A DNA stretch of 64,000 nt. It comes from Nanobdellota archaeon (GTDB lineage: Archaea > Nanobdellota > Nanobdellia > Parvarchaeales > Parvarchaeaceae). The stretch spans positions 24,142 to 88,141 of the forward strand of contig JAKASS010000002.1 in the NCBI GenBank assembly GCA_021818905.1, written 5' to 3'. This document shows positions 21,616 to 31,012 of the stretch, in pieces. Position numbers and translations under genes: made by a program. Numbering within the stretch: position 1 is the first letter of the stretch; each line of letters starts with the position of its first letter. Below the pieces are notes generated by a model. That model searched no databases and had not been told where the DNA came from. It worked only from the letters and a program-made list of their open reading frames with translations.

Positions 21616-22695
21616 ATGCAAAAAAAATTAAAAAATGCTATTTCTGTTATAACGAGATGCAGGGGGGACAAAGGATTCTACGCCAGTTCAGAAAGATACA
21701 AATATGAATATTGGACGCGAGACCTGTGTTACTGTGTTAATTCGCTTATTTCCTTAGGCTTTGCAAAAGATGTTAAAAACCAACTTCTTACAATATGGAA
21801 AAAGCAGGCTATGAACGGAGAAGTGCCACGTTACATGATAGATAAACGTTTTAAATGGTTACCTGGAAAGTTATTTACGAAAATACGGAATGGGAAGATT
21901 CTAAGCACTATAAAATCGTTGGATACCATGGAAACGCGATTCAATAAATGGACGATTGACTCAACGCCATTAACGGTTATAGCTACCTACAAATATGCAG
22001 CGGCTTCTGGCGATTCACACATAATAGAAGCGCTAAAGCCACAAATAGAAAAGGCACTTCGGTATACAAAACTGCATGTGAGAGATTTTCTTATACGGGG
22101 CGGTGACTGGAGAGATTCTATGCCGTGGCTTAGAAACAAATTTCTTCTTTCCAATAACGTAATGCTTTACGAACTCTATAAAATACTTGGAGAAGGTGGA
22201 AAGGCAACCATAATAAAAGATAGAATAAACTCCGAATTTTGGAATGGCGAGTACTATACAGATTTTATCGGTAGTGTAAACTTTGATTGCTTTGGCGCAT
22301 CATCAGCCGTTCTTTCTGGTATAGTGCCAAGAGGTCATTTTAAAAAACTCTCAGAGAAGATTTTATCTGCATCTTCAAAATATGGCATAAAGAATATGGT
22401 GGAAGTTAAACCTGTGAACCGCGAAGAAAATGGTGCAAATGAAAGCTGTAATCAGAGATATGCTATTTGGCCGCTAGTAAATACGTATGCAATAATGGCT
22501 ATTAGAAAAATGGGAGCAAATGCCGCTGCTGAAAAAGAACTTAAAAAGATGGAAAATTTATTAGGCTTTCGCGAATGGTACAATCCTGATACTGGCGATG
22601 GCCACGGTAGCAGGGAGCAATTGTGGAGCGCCGTAGCTTATTACGAGTTGATAAAGGTGCTTAGATACTCAAATTTATTGTACACTTATAGGTAG
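21616..22695 (+). CDS. alpha/alpha-toroid glycoside-hydrolase-like protein (short GDE_C / GH63-like)
   Basis: 359 aa; YEYWTRD motif like 10796 gene, WSAVAYYEL C-terminal pattern; starts 4 nt after GT4 stop. Confidence 0.4.
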   Translation: MQKKLKNAISVITRCRGDKGFYASSERYKYEYWTRDLCYCVNSLISLGFAKDVKNQLLTIWKKQAMNGEVPRYMIDKRFKWLPGKLFTKIRNGKILSTIKSLDTMETRFNKWTIDSTPLTVIATYKYAAASGDSHIIEALKPQIEKALRYTKLHVRDFLIRGGDWRDSMPWLRNKFLLSNNVMLYELYKILGEGGKATIIKDRINSEFWNGEYYTDFIGSVNFDCFGASSAVLSGIVPRGHFKKLSEKILSASSKYGIKNMVEVKPVNREENGANESCNQRYAIWPLVNTYAIMAIRKMGANAAAEKELKKMENLLGFREWYNPDTGDGHGSREQLWSAVAYYELIKVLRYSNLLYTYR

Positions 22696-22732
22696 TAAAA
22701 GTATTTATATTGGTGCTTTTCTTTAAAATGCT

Positions 22733-23389
22733 ATGGAAAGTAGTCTCGAACGTATAATAGAACTAGCAAAGACGATGAGAAAAACTGGTAGAGTAGCCGA
22801 TACTCCTTACTTCTTTAAATCAAAACATGGTCTATTTGGATCAAGATATGGAAAAAGAACTAAAAAATATGGCATAGAAATATCTATAGAAGACGAGTAC
22901 AATACGCTTACTAAAATGCATGAAGTGATACCTGAAAATTCCCCTAAACCGATTACACTTATAAGAGATGATAAAGGGTCTACAAATGGCTATCTTATGA
23001 CTATTGTACCTGGAAAGAAATTAGAACGGTATTTCTCTGTCCCAGACAAAGCTAGAAAAAGCCTTGCTAGCGCATTAACAAAACTGCGTGAAAGTAATGT
23101 AGTACATGGGGATTTAAGAACTAAAAATATACTTGTAACGGGGGATAATATAAGTATAATAGACCCTTTTGGTACAAATTGCTACGCTGATTACAGAAAA
23201 AAAGACGCCGAACAAGATGCGGTTTTTGAAAACTCTATCATGAAAGCATTCCCACCGCACACGCAAACTTCTGGAAATCCATATGGTGTCCTATTAGCCC
23301 TTGTGGACCGATTTAAATACGGGTTTAATGCCAGGGTAGCTTACCATATCGGAAATAGGGGTTCAACAAATATTCCATACTTGCGATAA
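22733..23389 (+). CDS. small atypical protein kinase, RIO/Bud32-like
   Basis: 218 aa; catalytic loop VVHGDLRTKNILV and metal-binding IIDPFG (DFG-like) as in RIO/Bud32/Kdo-kinase family. Confidence 0.45.
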   Translation: MESSLERIIELAKTMRKTGRVADTPYFFKSKHGLFGSRYGKRTKKYGIEISIEDEYNTLTKMHEVIPENSPKPITLIRDDKGSTNGYLMTIVPGKKLERYFSVPDKARKSLASALTKLRESNVVHGDLRTKNILVTGDNISIIDPFGTNCYADYRKKDAEQDAVFENSIMKAFPPHTQTSGNPYGVLLALVDRFKYGFNARVAYHIGNRGSTNIPYLR

Positions 23390-23412
23390 GTTAATAAAGC
23401 GTAACTAAGACT

Positions 23413-23525
23413 TGGGGTCAGCCGGATTTGAACCGACATCAAACGCTTTCTTCTAATCATCCTTTAAAAGTCATTTTTCCAGACGAGCTGGAGGCGTTTG
23501 TTCTACCTGGTTAAACTATGACCCC
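23413..23525 (-). tRNA. tRNA-Trp (anticodon CCA) with ~40-nt intron in anticodon loop
   Basis: Minus strand: acceptor GGGGTCA/TGACCCC, D-arm, anticodon stem AACGC/GCGTT with loop CTCCAG|intron|A, T-arm GTCGG-TTCAAAT-CCGGC; total 113 nt. Confidence 0.7.
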
Positions 23526-24056
23526 TTAGGTAAAGATTTTATACTTATCCTTATTCTCCATCTCTTCCAGTATCCTTCCTTCTATGCTCCTCATGATATT
23601 GGAAGAAAGTTGTAGTCTCTCGTCTATTTCTACATAAGACTCAAAAGGCTTTTTCTTTCGTTCTTCTAATAGTTTTTGTGTAAGCTTTTTACCCATCCCT
23701 GGAATTAGCTCTAAAGCATGTAGTCTTACGTTTATGGAGCCAAGCGTGTTTATTGTTCCTACATATTTCTTTTCGTTTTCTTGTACAATCTTGTGAACGA
23801 ACTCTTTTAGGCTGTCAAGACCGGTTTCTGTCAATTTACTTGGCGTTATTCTACCGATTATATGGTGTATCTCGTCTCTCTTATTTTCGCCTATGTAAAC
23901 TCTTTTTCCAGCCTCTACAGTTACGTTCTTTTTCAAAGCGGCGATTAACAATGAAAGAGAATCGGTCAATATGACTGCGGATGAGTGCCTATCTTTAGAA
24001 TCTACGATGCCATAGGGTAGGTATTCTAAAACATATGCGTATTCGTCCTTTCCCAT
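23526..24056 (-). CDS. conserved archaeal HhH-containing nucleic-acid-binding protein (DUF655/COG1491-like)
   Basis: 176 aa; helix-hairpin-helix LIPGMGKKLTQKLLEER; conserved position downstream of rpl21e-rpoF. Confidence 0.4.
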   Translation of the reverse strand: MGKDEYAYVLEYLPYGIVDSKDRHSSAVILTDSLSLLIAALKKNVTVEAGKRVYIGENKRDEIHHIIGRITPSKLTETGLDSLKEFVHKIVQENEKKYVGTINTLGSINVRLHALELIPGMGKKLTQKLLEERKKKPFESYVEIDERLQLSSNIMRSIEGRILEEMENKDKYKIFT

Positions 24057-24078
24057 ATTATATTGTTAGCTGTGCCGA

Positions 24079-24408
24079 TTATAAATGCTTCTTTATAACG
24101 GCGAGAATTTTCTTTATATCGTCTTCTTTTATCGTAGATTTAAGAGGGGCTAGTATTGCTCTAACTTGATCGACTGACGCGGGCGCTGCGTCTATAAGTA
24201 TTCTTACATAGTCATCCCGAATATCTAGGTTCAGACCGATTATCTCATTGAAAGCTTCATCAAAGTTGTTTACTTTAACATTTTTCTTTATGTGTTCAAT
24301 AAGCCTTTTTCCTGATTCGTGGGCCGTATCGATATAATCCATATACTTTTCTTTGAGTTCTGTCTCGCTCAGTAGCTTTTCATCTATTATTTCGTATTCC
24401 ATATTCAA
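24079..24408 (-). CDS. rpoF: DNA-directed RNA polymerase subunit F (Rpo4)
   Basis: 109 aa acidic protein between rpl21e and DUF655-like gene, matching the conserved archaeal rpl21e-rpoF arrangement; 4-nt overlap with L21e gene. Confidence 0.5.
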   Translation of the reverse strand: MNMEYEIIDEKLLSETELKEKYMDYIDTAHESGKRLIEHIKKNVKVNNFDEAFNEIIGLNLDIRDDYVRILIDAAPASVDQVRAILAPLKSTIKEDDIKKILAVIKKHL

Positions 24409-24695
24409 AGTTTCTTAAGATGAACTGGCAGCAAATCAACGGTTTTAGCCATTGTTCCTTGCATTACCTGTACCGTGTAGGCACGTCCTTTTTTCTTCAA
24501 TACGATGCCATTTATCCCAAAGAAACGCCGGTGTGGTATGTTTCTCTGAACTGATGCGCTTGGATCTATTAAAACGCGCTCACCTTCATTAAAAGATTGC
24601 AATGCCTTTTTTAAATCTATCTTGCCTCTGTCTTTTTTTCTTAATGCCAATCGTCTTCTTGAACGGTGGTGGGCGCCTTTTCCGGTTATTGACAT
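24405..24695 (-). CDS. rpl21e: 50S ribosomal protein L21e
   Basis: 96 aa; HRRFFGINGIVLKKKGRAYTVQV matches L21e core (HK.YHGKTG.V). Confidence 0.8.
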   Translation of the reverse strand: MSITGKGAHHRSRRRLALRKKDRGKIDLKKALQSFNEGERVLIDPSASVQRNIPHRRFFGINGIVLKKKGRAYTVQVMQGTMAKTVDLLPVHLKKL

Positions 24696-24750
24696 ATCTA
24701 TATCTTAGCCAATTTAGAGTATTTATATCTACCTAAACTGAGCAAATAAA

Positions 24751-24833
24751 TGCAGAGGGTGGGATTTGAACCCACGAAGGCCTGAGCCATAAGGTCCTTA
24801 GCCTTACACGTTTGACCGCTTCGCTACCTCTGC
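24751..24833 (-). tRNA. tRNA-Leu (type II, long variable arm); anticodon reads AAG
   Basis: Minus strand 83 nt: acceptor GCAGAGG/CCTCTGC, discriminator A73, variable arm TGGCTCAGGCC, T-arm GTGGG-TTCAAAT-CCCAC; anticodon loop CTAAGGA. Confidence 0.7.
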
Positions 24834-24927
24834 TTTGATAAACTTAATTTGATTGTTTATTGATTATAAATATTGCACGATTTCTAAACTATTTTCTATA
24901 ATTACTTTCCATAAATTTATTATTTCG

Positions 24928-26007
24928 TTAATTATTCCCTGTTATCAAACAGAATACTGATTTACCTTTAAATAGGGCCGGGTGCGTTTTATTTATTTTC
25001 AAAGTTCCGGCAAACGAAGCTGCGCCGCCTAGTTCTGAATATATCCTTGATTCATGTAATTTTCTGCGCGCAAATTCTAACTCTGCGTCACTCACGCTTA
25101 AAGCTAAACCATTTGTTTCTTTTAGCGCTTCAACGCCTTCAAAACCAAATGTTGGGTATCCAACCGCGATGGCATCCGCTTTTGTGTTTGAATGCATATA
25201 AGTTAATCGTTTATGCTGGTTATACGCCCTCACTAACGGGTCACATCCTCTAGCTTGCACCGCTATGAGCCTAGGCAATTTATTTATCATCTTGATTTTT
25301 CTTAATTCCTTAATTCCTTTGTATAATGCGGCTAATAGAGTGGCGTTTCCAACCGGCAAAATGATAAAATCAGGTAATTTTCCTAATTGGTCAAAAATCT
25401 CAAAAACTATACTTTTTTGCCCTTCTTTTCGATAATGATAATCGCCACATAGAAATATGTTGTTTACTTTTGAAAATAATTCTGCTGTCCCTAAGGCCGT
25501 ATTAAAATCCCCTTTAATCTCGACTATCTCAGCACCGGCCTTCTTAATTTTGGCTATCTTTTCAATTTTAGCATCTTTACTGATGAATATCGTGCACTTT
25601 TTTCCAAATCTTTGGGCGTAAGTTGCGATAGAAAATCCCATGTTGCCAGTTGATGCGCAACAGACTTCTTTAAATCCTAATTCGATCGCCTTTGTTATTT
25701 CTACAGATGAACCGCGGTCTTTGAATGAATTAGTTGGGTTATGTGTTTCAAGCTTTAACATCAAGTTGACGTTACCTATCTTATAATTAACAATGGGAGT
25801 TCCCCCCTCACCCAAGCTTAAGAGTTTTCCTGATGTCGGAAAAAATTGTTTGTATTTAGAATGTTTTATTTTCCCGCTGCCTAAATCAATTTTGTCAGGA
25901 TATTTGTAATCGACTTCGAGTATAGAATTGCATTTATTGCACCTATACATCTGGCTCTTGGGGCCATAAATTGACGTGCACGATGTGCATTTTAAACTAT
26001 ATTTCAT
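24928..26007 (-). CDS. thrC: threonine synthase
   Basis: 359 aa; N-terminal Cys4 ribbon (CTSC...CNKC), PLP-lysine motif NPTNSFKDRGSS, fold-type II PLP enzyme. Confidence 0.8.
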   Translation of the reverse strand: MKYSLKCTSCTSIYGPKSQMYRCNKCNSILEVDYKYPDKIDLGSGKIKHSKYKQFFPTSGKLLSLGEGGTPIVNYKIGNVNLMLKLETHNPTNSFKDRGSSVEITKAIELGFKEVCCASTGNMGFSIATYAQRFGKKCTIFISKDAKIEKIAKIKKAGAEIVEIKGDFNTALGTAELFSKVNNIFLCGDYHYRKEGQKSIVFEIFDQLGKLPDFIILPVGNATLLAALYKGIKELRKIKMINKLPRLIAVQARGCDPLVRAYNQHKRLTYMHSNTKADAIAVGYPTFGFEGVEALKETNGLALSVSDAELEFARRKLHESRIYSELGGAASFAGTLKINKTHPALFKGKSVFCLITGNN

Positions 26008-26055
26008 AATGTACTTGACACAGACTATATCAGGTTATAATATTTAAAATCTAAT

Positions 26056-26129
26056 TGGGGTAGCTGGGATTTGAACCCAGAACAACGGACCCCCGAAGCC
26101 CGCATCATACCAAGTTAGATCACCACCCC
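26056..26129 (-). tRNA. tRNA-Pro (anticodon CGG)
   Basis: Minus strand 74 nt: acceptor GGGGTGG/CTACCCC, anticodon stem CGGGC/GTCCG loop TTCGGGG, T-arm CTGGG-TTCAAAT-CCCAG. Confidence 0.65.
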
Positions 26130-26154
26130 GATTTTAAGTGATTGAATATAATGC

Positions 26155-27156
26155 TTATAACTCTTTTCTTGTATACTTAGGATAAGTCCCGGGTTTCATT
26201 ACAACGCTATCTGTTTTTATTGCGATACCCTTCTTGCCTTCGATTATGTCTTGCGACGATAAAACTGAGTTCCCAAGCCCGATTAATTCGCCTTTAAGAG
26301 TCGAAAGGAACACCGTATTTCCAGAATCAAATTTATTCATTTTTACCAGGCCTGGAACAGCAAGAGGAGAACCATGACAAATGGTATCAACCGCGCTGTC
26401 AGAAATATAAACTTTTGGTAAAAAATCTATGGCAGACTCTATGTTCTGCATACAATACGATAAGAACCTGTCATCGTTTTCTTTTTCTTTATAGTACATC
26501 GCGTCATCAAGGTCCTGTAGGGTAACTAGGTTGTCTTTCTCTGTTAAATTAGATACTTTTGTCCTTCGCAACTCTGACATGTGCGCGCCTACGCCTAATT
26601 TTTCCCCCATATCGTGTATAAGTTTTCTTATGTAAGTCCCAGACTCTACGCCGGTCCTAAATAGCACGTCGTTCCCTTCCACTTCCAGTATGTCTAGATA
26701 ATAAATCTCACGTTCTCTGTACTGTCTTTTGACACTTGACCTAACCGGCGGCAGTTGCATTATCTTACCTGTAAACTCTTCGAATGTTTTTGATATCTTA
26801 TTTATTTTAACTTCGCTATGTAGGTGCATTAACGCTACATATTCCTTTCCGCCAAAGAGAAGAACTGATATAGCTTTGTTTGCAGAGTTTATCGCTAAAG
26901 GTAATAGCCCTGTCACGTTGGGATCCAGAGTACCGGAATAGCCTATTTTTGAAACGCCGATAGGAGAAAGTATATTTTTAGCTATAACCGCGGCGGTTTT
27001 AGACCTAGTTCTTGGTGGTTTATCTAAAAGTATCATGCCAAAATCTAATTTTTGAGAAAGGTTGCGCTTTTCTGGATAGCAACCATGAGAATCATCGGTA
27101 CTTTCATCTGAAAAAACAATGATTTCTTTTTTAATATCTTCTAATGGCAGTTTCAT
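26155..27156 (-). CDS. cbf5: tRNA/rRNA pseudouridine synthase Cbf5 (H/ACA RNP catalytic subunit, TruB family with PUA domain)
   Basis: 333 aa; TruB motifs GYSGTLDPNVTGLLPL and C-terminal PUA region. Confidence 0.85.
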   Translation of the reverse strand: MKLPLEDIKKEIIVFSDESTDDSHGCYPEKRNLSQKLDFGMILLDKPPRTRSKTAAVIAKNILSPIGVSKIGYSGTLDPNVTGLLPLAINSANKAISVLLFGGKEYVALMHLHSEVKINKISKTFEEFTGKIMQLPPVRSSVKRQYREREIYYLDILEVEGNDVLFRTGVESGTYIRKLIHDMGEKLGVGAHMSELRRTKVSNLTEKDNLVTLQDLDDAMYYKEKENDDRFLSYCMQNIESAIDFLPKVYISDSAVDTICHGSPLAVPGLVKMNKFDSGNTVFLSTLKGELIGLGNSVLSSQDIIEGKKGIAIKTDSVVMKPGTYPKYTRKEL

Positions 27157-27196
27157 CGTAATAGTAGTATGCTGGTATTAAAGTGCTTTAATAAGA

Positions 27197-27757
27197 TTAT
27201 CTCCACTTTTTCATTCGTTTGGTTATATATTCTAGGCATACTTTTCTAAGACTGTCAGCAGACAACGCAGAAGAGTTCACTACTAAATCAAAAGGCGCCA
27301 TGTCATCTGCTATTTTTATTTTATATAAAGTATAATATATTTTAGATGATAGCCTGTCTTTTTCCTTCATAAACTTAAGGGCCTCGCCGTAACCCACGTT
27401 ATCGCGCTGTGAAACCCGCCAAGCTCTTGTCTCTAGATCGACTTTAAGGTATATCTTTATAGTTCTTTCATCGTTTATCTTCCAAGAAGCGACCCAGCTA
27501 TCTAAAACTAAATTGTCATGCTCTTTAACGTATTTTAATATATAGTCATCGAGTAGCTTGTCGTATTTTAAATGCTTAAGTCTAAACTTGACCACATCTA
27601 GCCCCTTTTGCGATTCCCAAAATTCAAAATCTCTTGGCGGCATTATCTCACGTAATTTTGAACTCGCCGAAAAATATTTAAGATTGAGCTCCTCACTAAT
27701 CCCTTTTGCTAAAGTCGATTTACCGGATGCCGTTAACCCAGATATTATAATTTTCAT
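27197..27757 (-). CDS. cmk: cytidylate kinase, archaeal type
   Basis: 186 aa; P-loop IISGLTASGKST; conserved cmk-cbf5 adjacency in archaea. Confidence 0.6.
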   Translation of the reverse strand: MKIIISGLTASGKSTLAKGISEELNLKYFSASSKLREIMPPRDFEFWESQKGLDVVKFRLKHLKYDKLLDDYILKYVKEHDNLVLDSWVASWKINDERTIKIYLKVDLETRAWRVSQRDNVGYGEALKFMKEKDRLSSKIYYTLYKIKIADDMAPFDLVVNSSALSADSLRKVCLEYITKRMKKWR

Positions 27758-27758
27758 A

Positions 27759-30700
27759 TTAAGATGTTGGGCTTGCGTTTATTGGTGTACTAGCGAGTAA
27801 TTCACTGTTGTTGCTGAATACTTCAGGCAGGTAGCTGAGATTGGCACAATAATCAACTGCAGAAGGTGACACTGAACAGAAGTCGCTTTGATTTAGTAAA
27901 TTGTACTGACTTAATGCCGTATAATTTATTGCGTATACGTTTATGTTAGTCAAGACTTGATTCCCTATGCTTAACAAGCTATCCTGCGGTAGACCATCAG
28001 TAAATATCTCCGTAAAACCAGGTACTGTCTCATTCAAAAGATAAAGTTTTACAAAGAGTGTATCCAATGACTTTTCTGGTAAATAAAGTACCCCTGGCCC
28101 ATTTCCATAAATCTGCGTATTTATCGGAGCGACTTCATATCCTCCCGTAGCAGCATAGCCCCCCATATTAAGATTTACGGTATTTGTGTCGTTAAGTATC
28201 ATAATTCCCCCCGGTATAGCGCTCGAATTAGTTGTAACCCGATCGCATCCGACACCGAAGACGCAGAAGTTTTCTATAGGTAATGGATTTGAAACTTGTT
28301 TGGTCAGCGCATTATAAACTATACCATACACTACCTGACTCTGCACGAAAGACGAATTTGTATAATTATAAGGTATTAAAACTTCTACTAAAATAGTAAC
28401 TGAAGAATTCCACGGCACTCCGTCTATAACCATATTTGATTCTATCGGACCTAAACCGGCACTGCTGCTACCCCCAAAAATTGCAAGATTCTGGTAGTCT
28501 TTATTACCTATGTTATTAGAATTTGCTGACGGCCGATCTTCCGCCATCGGAGTAAATTCGGTTAGATTCAAGGCTATAGTAGATATCGCCGAAAATTTCT
28601 CGACTTCGCTACCGCTTATAACTGCGTACGTAGGATTATGTATAAAGTTAAGGTATGTAGAATACTGGTAGGGCGACGTAGCTTCAAAGAAATAATCTGC
28701 TATCATAGATTGGTAGCCATATGCATTACTTCCGTCAGCCACAGCCGTTCTATTCGCAATAGCTTCTTCCCAATAACCGTAATCCCACCAAGATATTATG
28801 GAGGTATTAACTGGCGTATTGTAGTTTATCCAGAGCATTGTTGGCCCCCACAAAGCTAATCCGCTTCCACTTCCTTGTGATGTTAGATAAGAGGCTTGTA
28901 GGCTATTATTAAGGTCGACTACAAGAAATATTATGGCAACCAATATAATTATTGCGCTTACCGCAAACGCGGTTTTCTTAGAAGATTTTAAGATGTTGTT
29001 AACATATTTTACGACAAAAGTAACTATAAAAACCGCAGCGAACGGCAGAACTATAATGCCTATAAAGCCAACCGATTCAAGAAGCTGGTTCTGCAAATTT
29101 GCAAAAAGCATGGCAAGAATATAAAATATAAAGGCTACCATGTACACGGATTTGTGCGATGTTTTCTCATCTAATTTATCAAAAAAGAACGCTAAAAGCA
29201 GTATGATGATTATGCCAAAAATTCCATATTCATAGTAAGTGGTAGTTTGTTCTGCTAAGAAAAGAGAAACTAACAAAATAAGAGAAACTAACGTCATAAA
29301 GACAATTGAAGTTAATGAACGTTTAACATTGGCCCCTTTTCTATTCAGACCAAACCAAACTAAAGGGATAAATGCGGCAAAAACGAAAACTAAAAGCACG
29401 GACGTCGGGCCTGAGCCTTGAGTTGTGTAATTGCCTCCGAAAATAAGCAACAAAAATGGTAAAATTGCTAAGAAAGGCAGATACCAATGTTTGAAGCCCT
29501 TAAGAAAGTAATAAAGAAGAAAGATTCCTCCCAACAAAAGAAGTAGAAAGTTTATGCTTATAGCATTTGCGCCTGTACCAATCAGACCTCCTGCATCGAC
29601 CATTCTATCTAAGAGTGTAGTCTGGCCATATTCTGCAATGGTCTGCGTTACTGGATTTGCTGCGCTTATACCTAACGGTGACTGAATTTCAGATAGAAGA
29701 TGTGAGAAAATACTGGAAAGTTTGCCAGCTAGAGCCAAAAGGGCAACAAGTATTATTGTGCTATAGATAGCAATTGATGCGCCTATATTAACAAAAGGAA
29801 TTTTTAATTTGTTTCCATATCTATCATAAATAAGTAGTTTAAACAGAACCATCGCATAGCAGAGATAAATCGCGTAATATTGGGCACCTGTAACCAATGA
29901 GTCCGGGGTCAATGTAACGAAACTTGCTAATATCGGGATAAAAAGTGCAAAGGGCAAGAAAGCATAAAGGTCTCCTTTTTTGACATAATTAAATAATATC
30001 ATTATTATGTATACCAAAGGTACCAAAAAGAAAAGAAATTTAGAAAACCCACTAGAATCTGCTGTTAAAGCAGTTGCAAAAGCAACCATAAATCCGTAGA
30101 GTATTTTTGATCTTGTTTCTTTTGATTTAAGCGCTTTTACCAAAAAGTAGACTGCAAGTAATATCATCAAGAAACCCATTGCATCTTTGGTGGAGAAGCC
30201 TGCAGTTGTTCTATTTAACAAGGTCTGAAATACGGGCATCATAAAGCCGCTTAACGCTGCTATCCAATAATCACCGAATAATTCTAAACATATAAAAAAT
30301 AATATGACTGTAGCCAAAGCTGCGACTATTACCGGGTATATCATAAACCACGTCATAGAAGTCGCCGCGGGGAATATTGGCGTTAAAATACGAAACAAAA
30401 AGGCGCCAAAGAAAGAGATTAATAGTGGATCGCCTCTAGTAACCGCACCTATAGGTAAGTATTGTATGTGGTTTATTATCGGGACGGTACCGGTATGTAT
30501 TATCGTGTTCATTTGGATATAAAACGTATATGGGTCTAAACCGGTTAATGAACCCCCCATATTTAGATAGCCATTGCCTATTAATGGTGATGCGCCAAGG
30601 GCAGGTAGACTTGCAGAACGTATAACAACTCCTATCACTATTGCGATTACAAGCAGGATATAAAACAGAACTCTCTTTTGTATGAATACATTATACAGCG

Positions 30701-30953
30701 TTCTAAAAACTTTTTTGGCAGAATCAAAGTTTACTTGTATCTCAACTTCTGTTATTTTTTCCTTTTTAGCTGGCTTAAGCTGTTCTAATCCAGAACTCTC
30801 AGTCTTTAATTTATCCAATCGCGCCTGCCGTTTTTTTAGTTCTTCAAGCTCTTTCCTCAGTCTGATGTTTTCAGTTTCAATTTCTTTATCTACTCTTTTT
30901 TCAGCACGCTCTGTCTCAGATTCTATCTTTTTTAGCTCATCGTCTTCAGTCAT
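27759..30953 (-). CDS. aglB: oligosaccharyltransferase AglB (STT3 homolog) with N-terminal coiled-coil extension
   Basis: 1064 aa; ~13 TM helices followed by the STT3 signature SWWDYGYW and a large N/S/T-rich extracytoplasmic C-domain; first ~95 aa are E/K-rich coiled coil. Confidence 0.85.
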   Translation of the reverse strand: MTEDDELKKIESETERAEKRVDKEIETENIRLRKELEELKKRQARLDKLKTESSGLEQLKPAKKEKITEVEIQVNFDSAKKVFRTLYNVFIQKRVLFYILLVIAIVIGVVIRSASLPALGASPLIGNGYLNMGGSLTGLDPYTFYIQMNTIIHTGTVPIINHIQYLPIGAVTRGDPLLISFFGAFLFRILTPIFPAATSMTWFMIYPVIVAALATVILFFICLELFGDYWIAALSGFMMPVFQTLLNRTTAGFSTKDAMGFLMILLAVYFLVKALKSKETRSKILYGFMVAFATALTADSSGFSKFLFFLVPLVYIIMILFNYVKKGDLYAFLPFALFIPILASFVTLTPDSLVTGAQYYAIYLCYAMVLFKLLIYDRYGNKLKIPFVNIGASIAIYSTIILVALLALAGKLSSIFSHLLSEIQSPLGISAANPVTQTIAEYGQTTLLDRMVDAGGLIGTGANAISINFLLLLLGGIFLLYYFLKGFKHWYLPFLAILPFLLLIFGGNYTTQGSGPTSVLLVFVFAAFIPLVWFGLNRKGANVKRSLTSIVFMTLVSLILLVSLFLAEQTTTYYEYGIFGIIIILLLAFFFDKLDEKTSHKSVYMVAFIFYILAMLFANLQNQLLESVGFIGIIVLPFAAVFIVTFVVKYVNNILKSSKKTAFAVSAIIILVAIIFLVVDLNNSLQASYLTSQGSGSGLALWGPTMLWINYNTPVNTSIISWWDYGYWEEAIANRTAVADGSNAYGYQSMIADYFFEATSPYQYSTYLNFIHNPTYAVISGSEVEKFSAISTIALNLTEFTPMAEDRPSANSNNIGNKDYQNLAIFGGSSSAGLGPIESNMVIDGVPWNSSVTILVEVLIPYNYTNSSFVQSQVVYGIVYNALTKQVSNPLPIENFCVFGVGCDRVTTNSSAIPGGIMILNDTNTVNLNMGGYAATGGYEVAPINTQIYGNGPGVLYLPEKSLDTLFVKLYLLNETVPGFTEIFTDGLPQDSLLSIGNQVLTNINVYAINYTALSQYNLLNQSDFCSVSPSAVDYCANLSYLPEVFSNNSELLASTPINASPTS

Positions 30954-31012
30954 AAGTGATTTAATAGTATAAAGAAAACGCTGGTGCTTTTAAATCTTTC
31001 TTGTGACTACAT

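Noticed and set aside
28638-30522. Plus-strand ORFs antisense to aglB
   Set aside because: Embedded in a 1064-aa gene with clear STT3 motifs; no independent support
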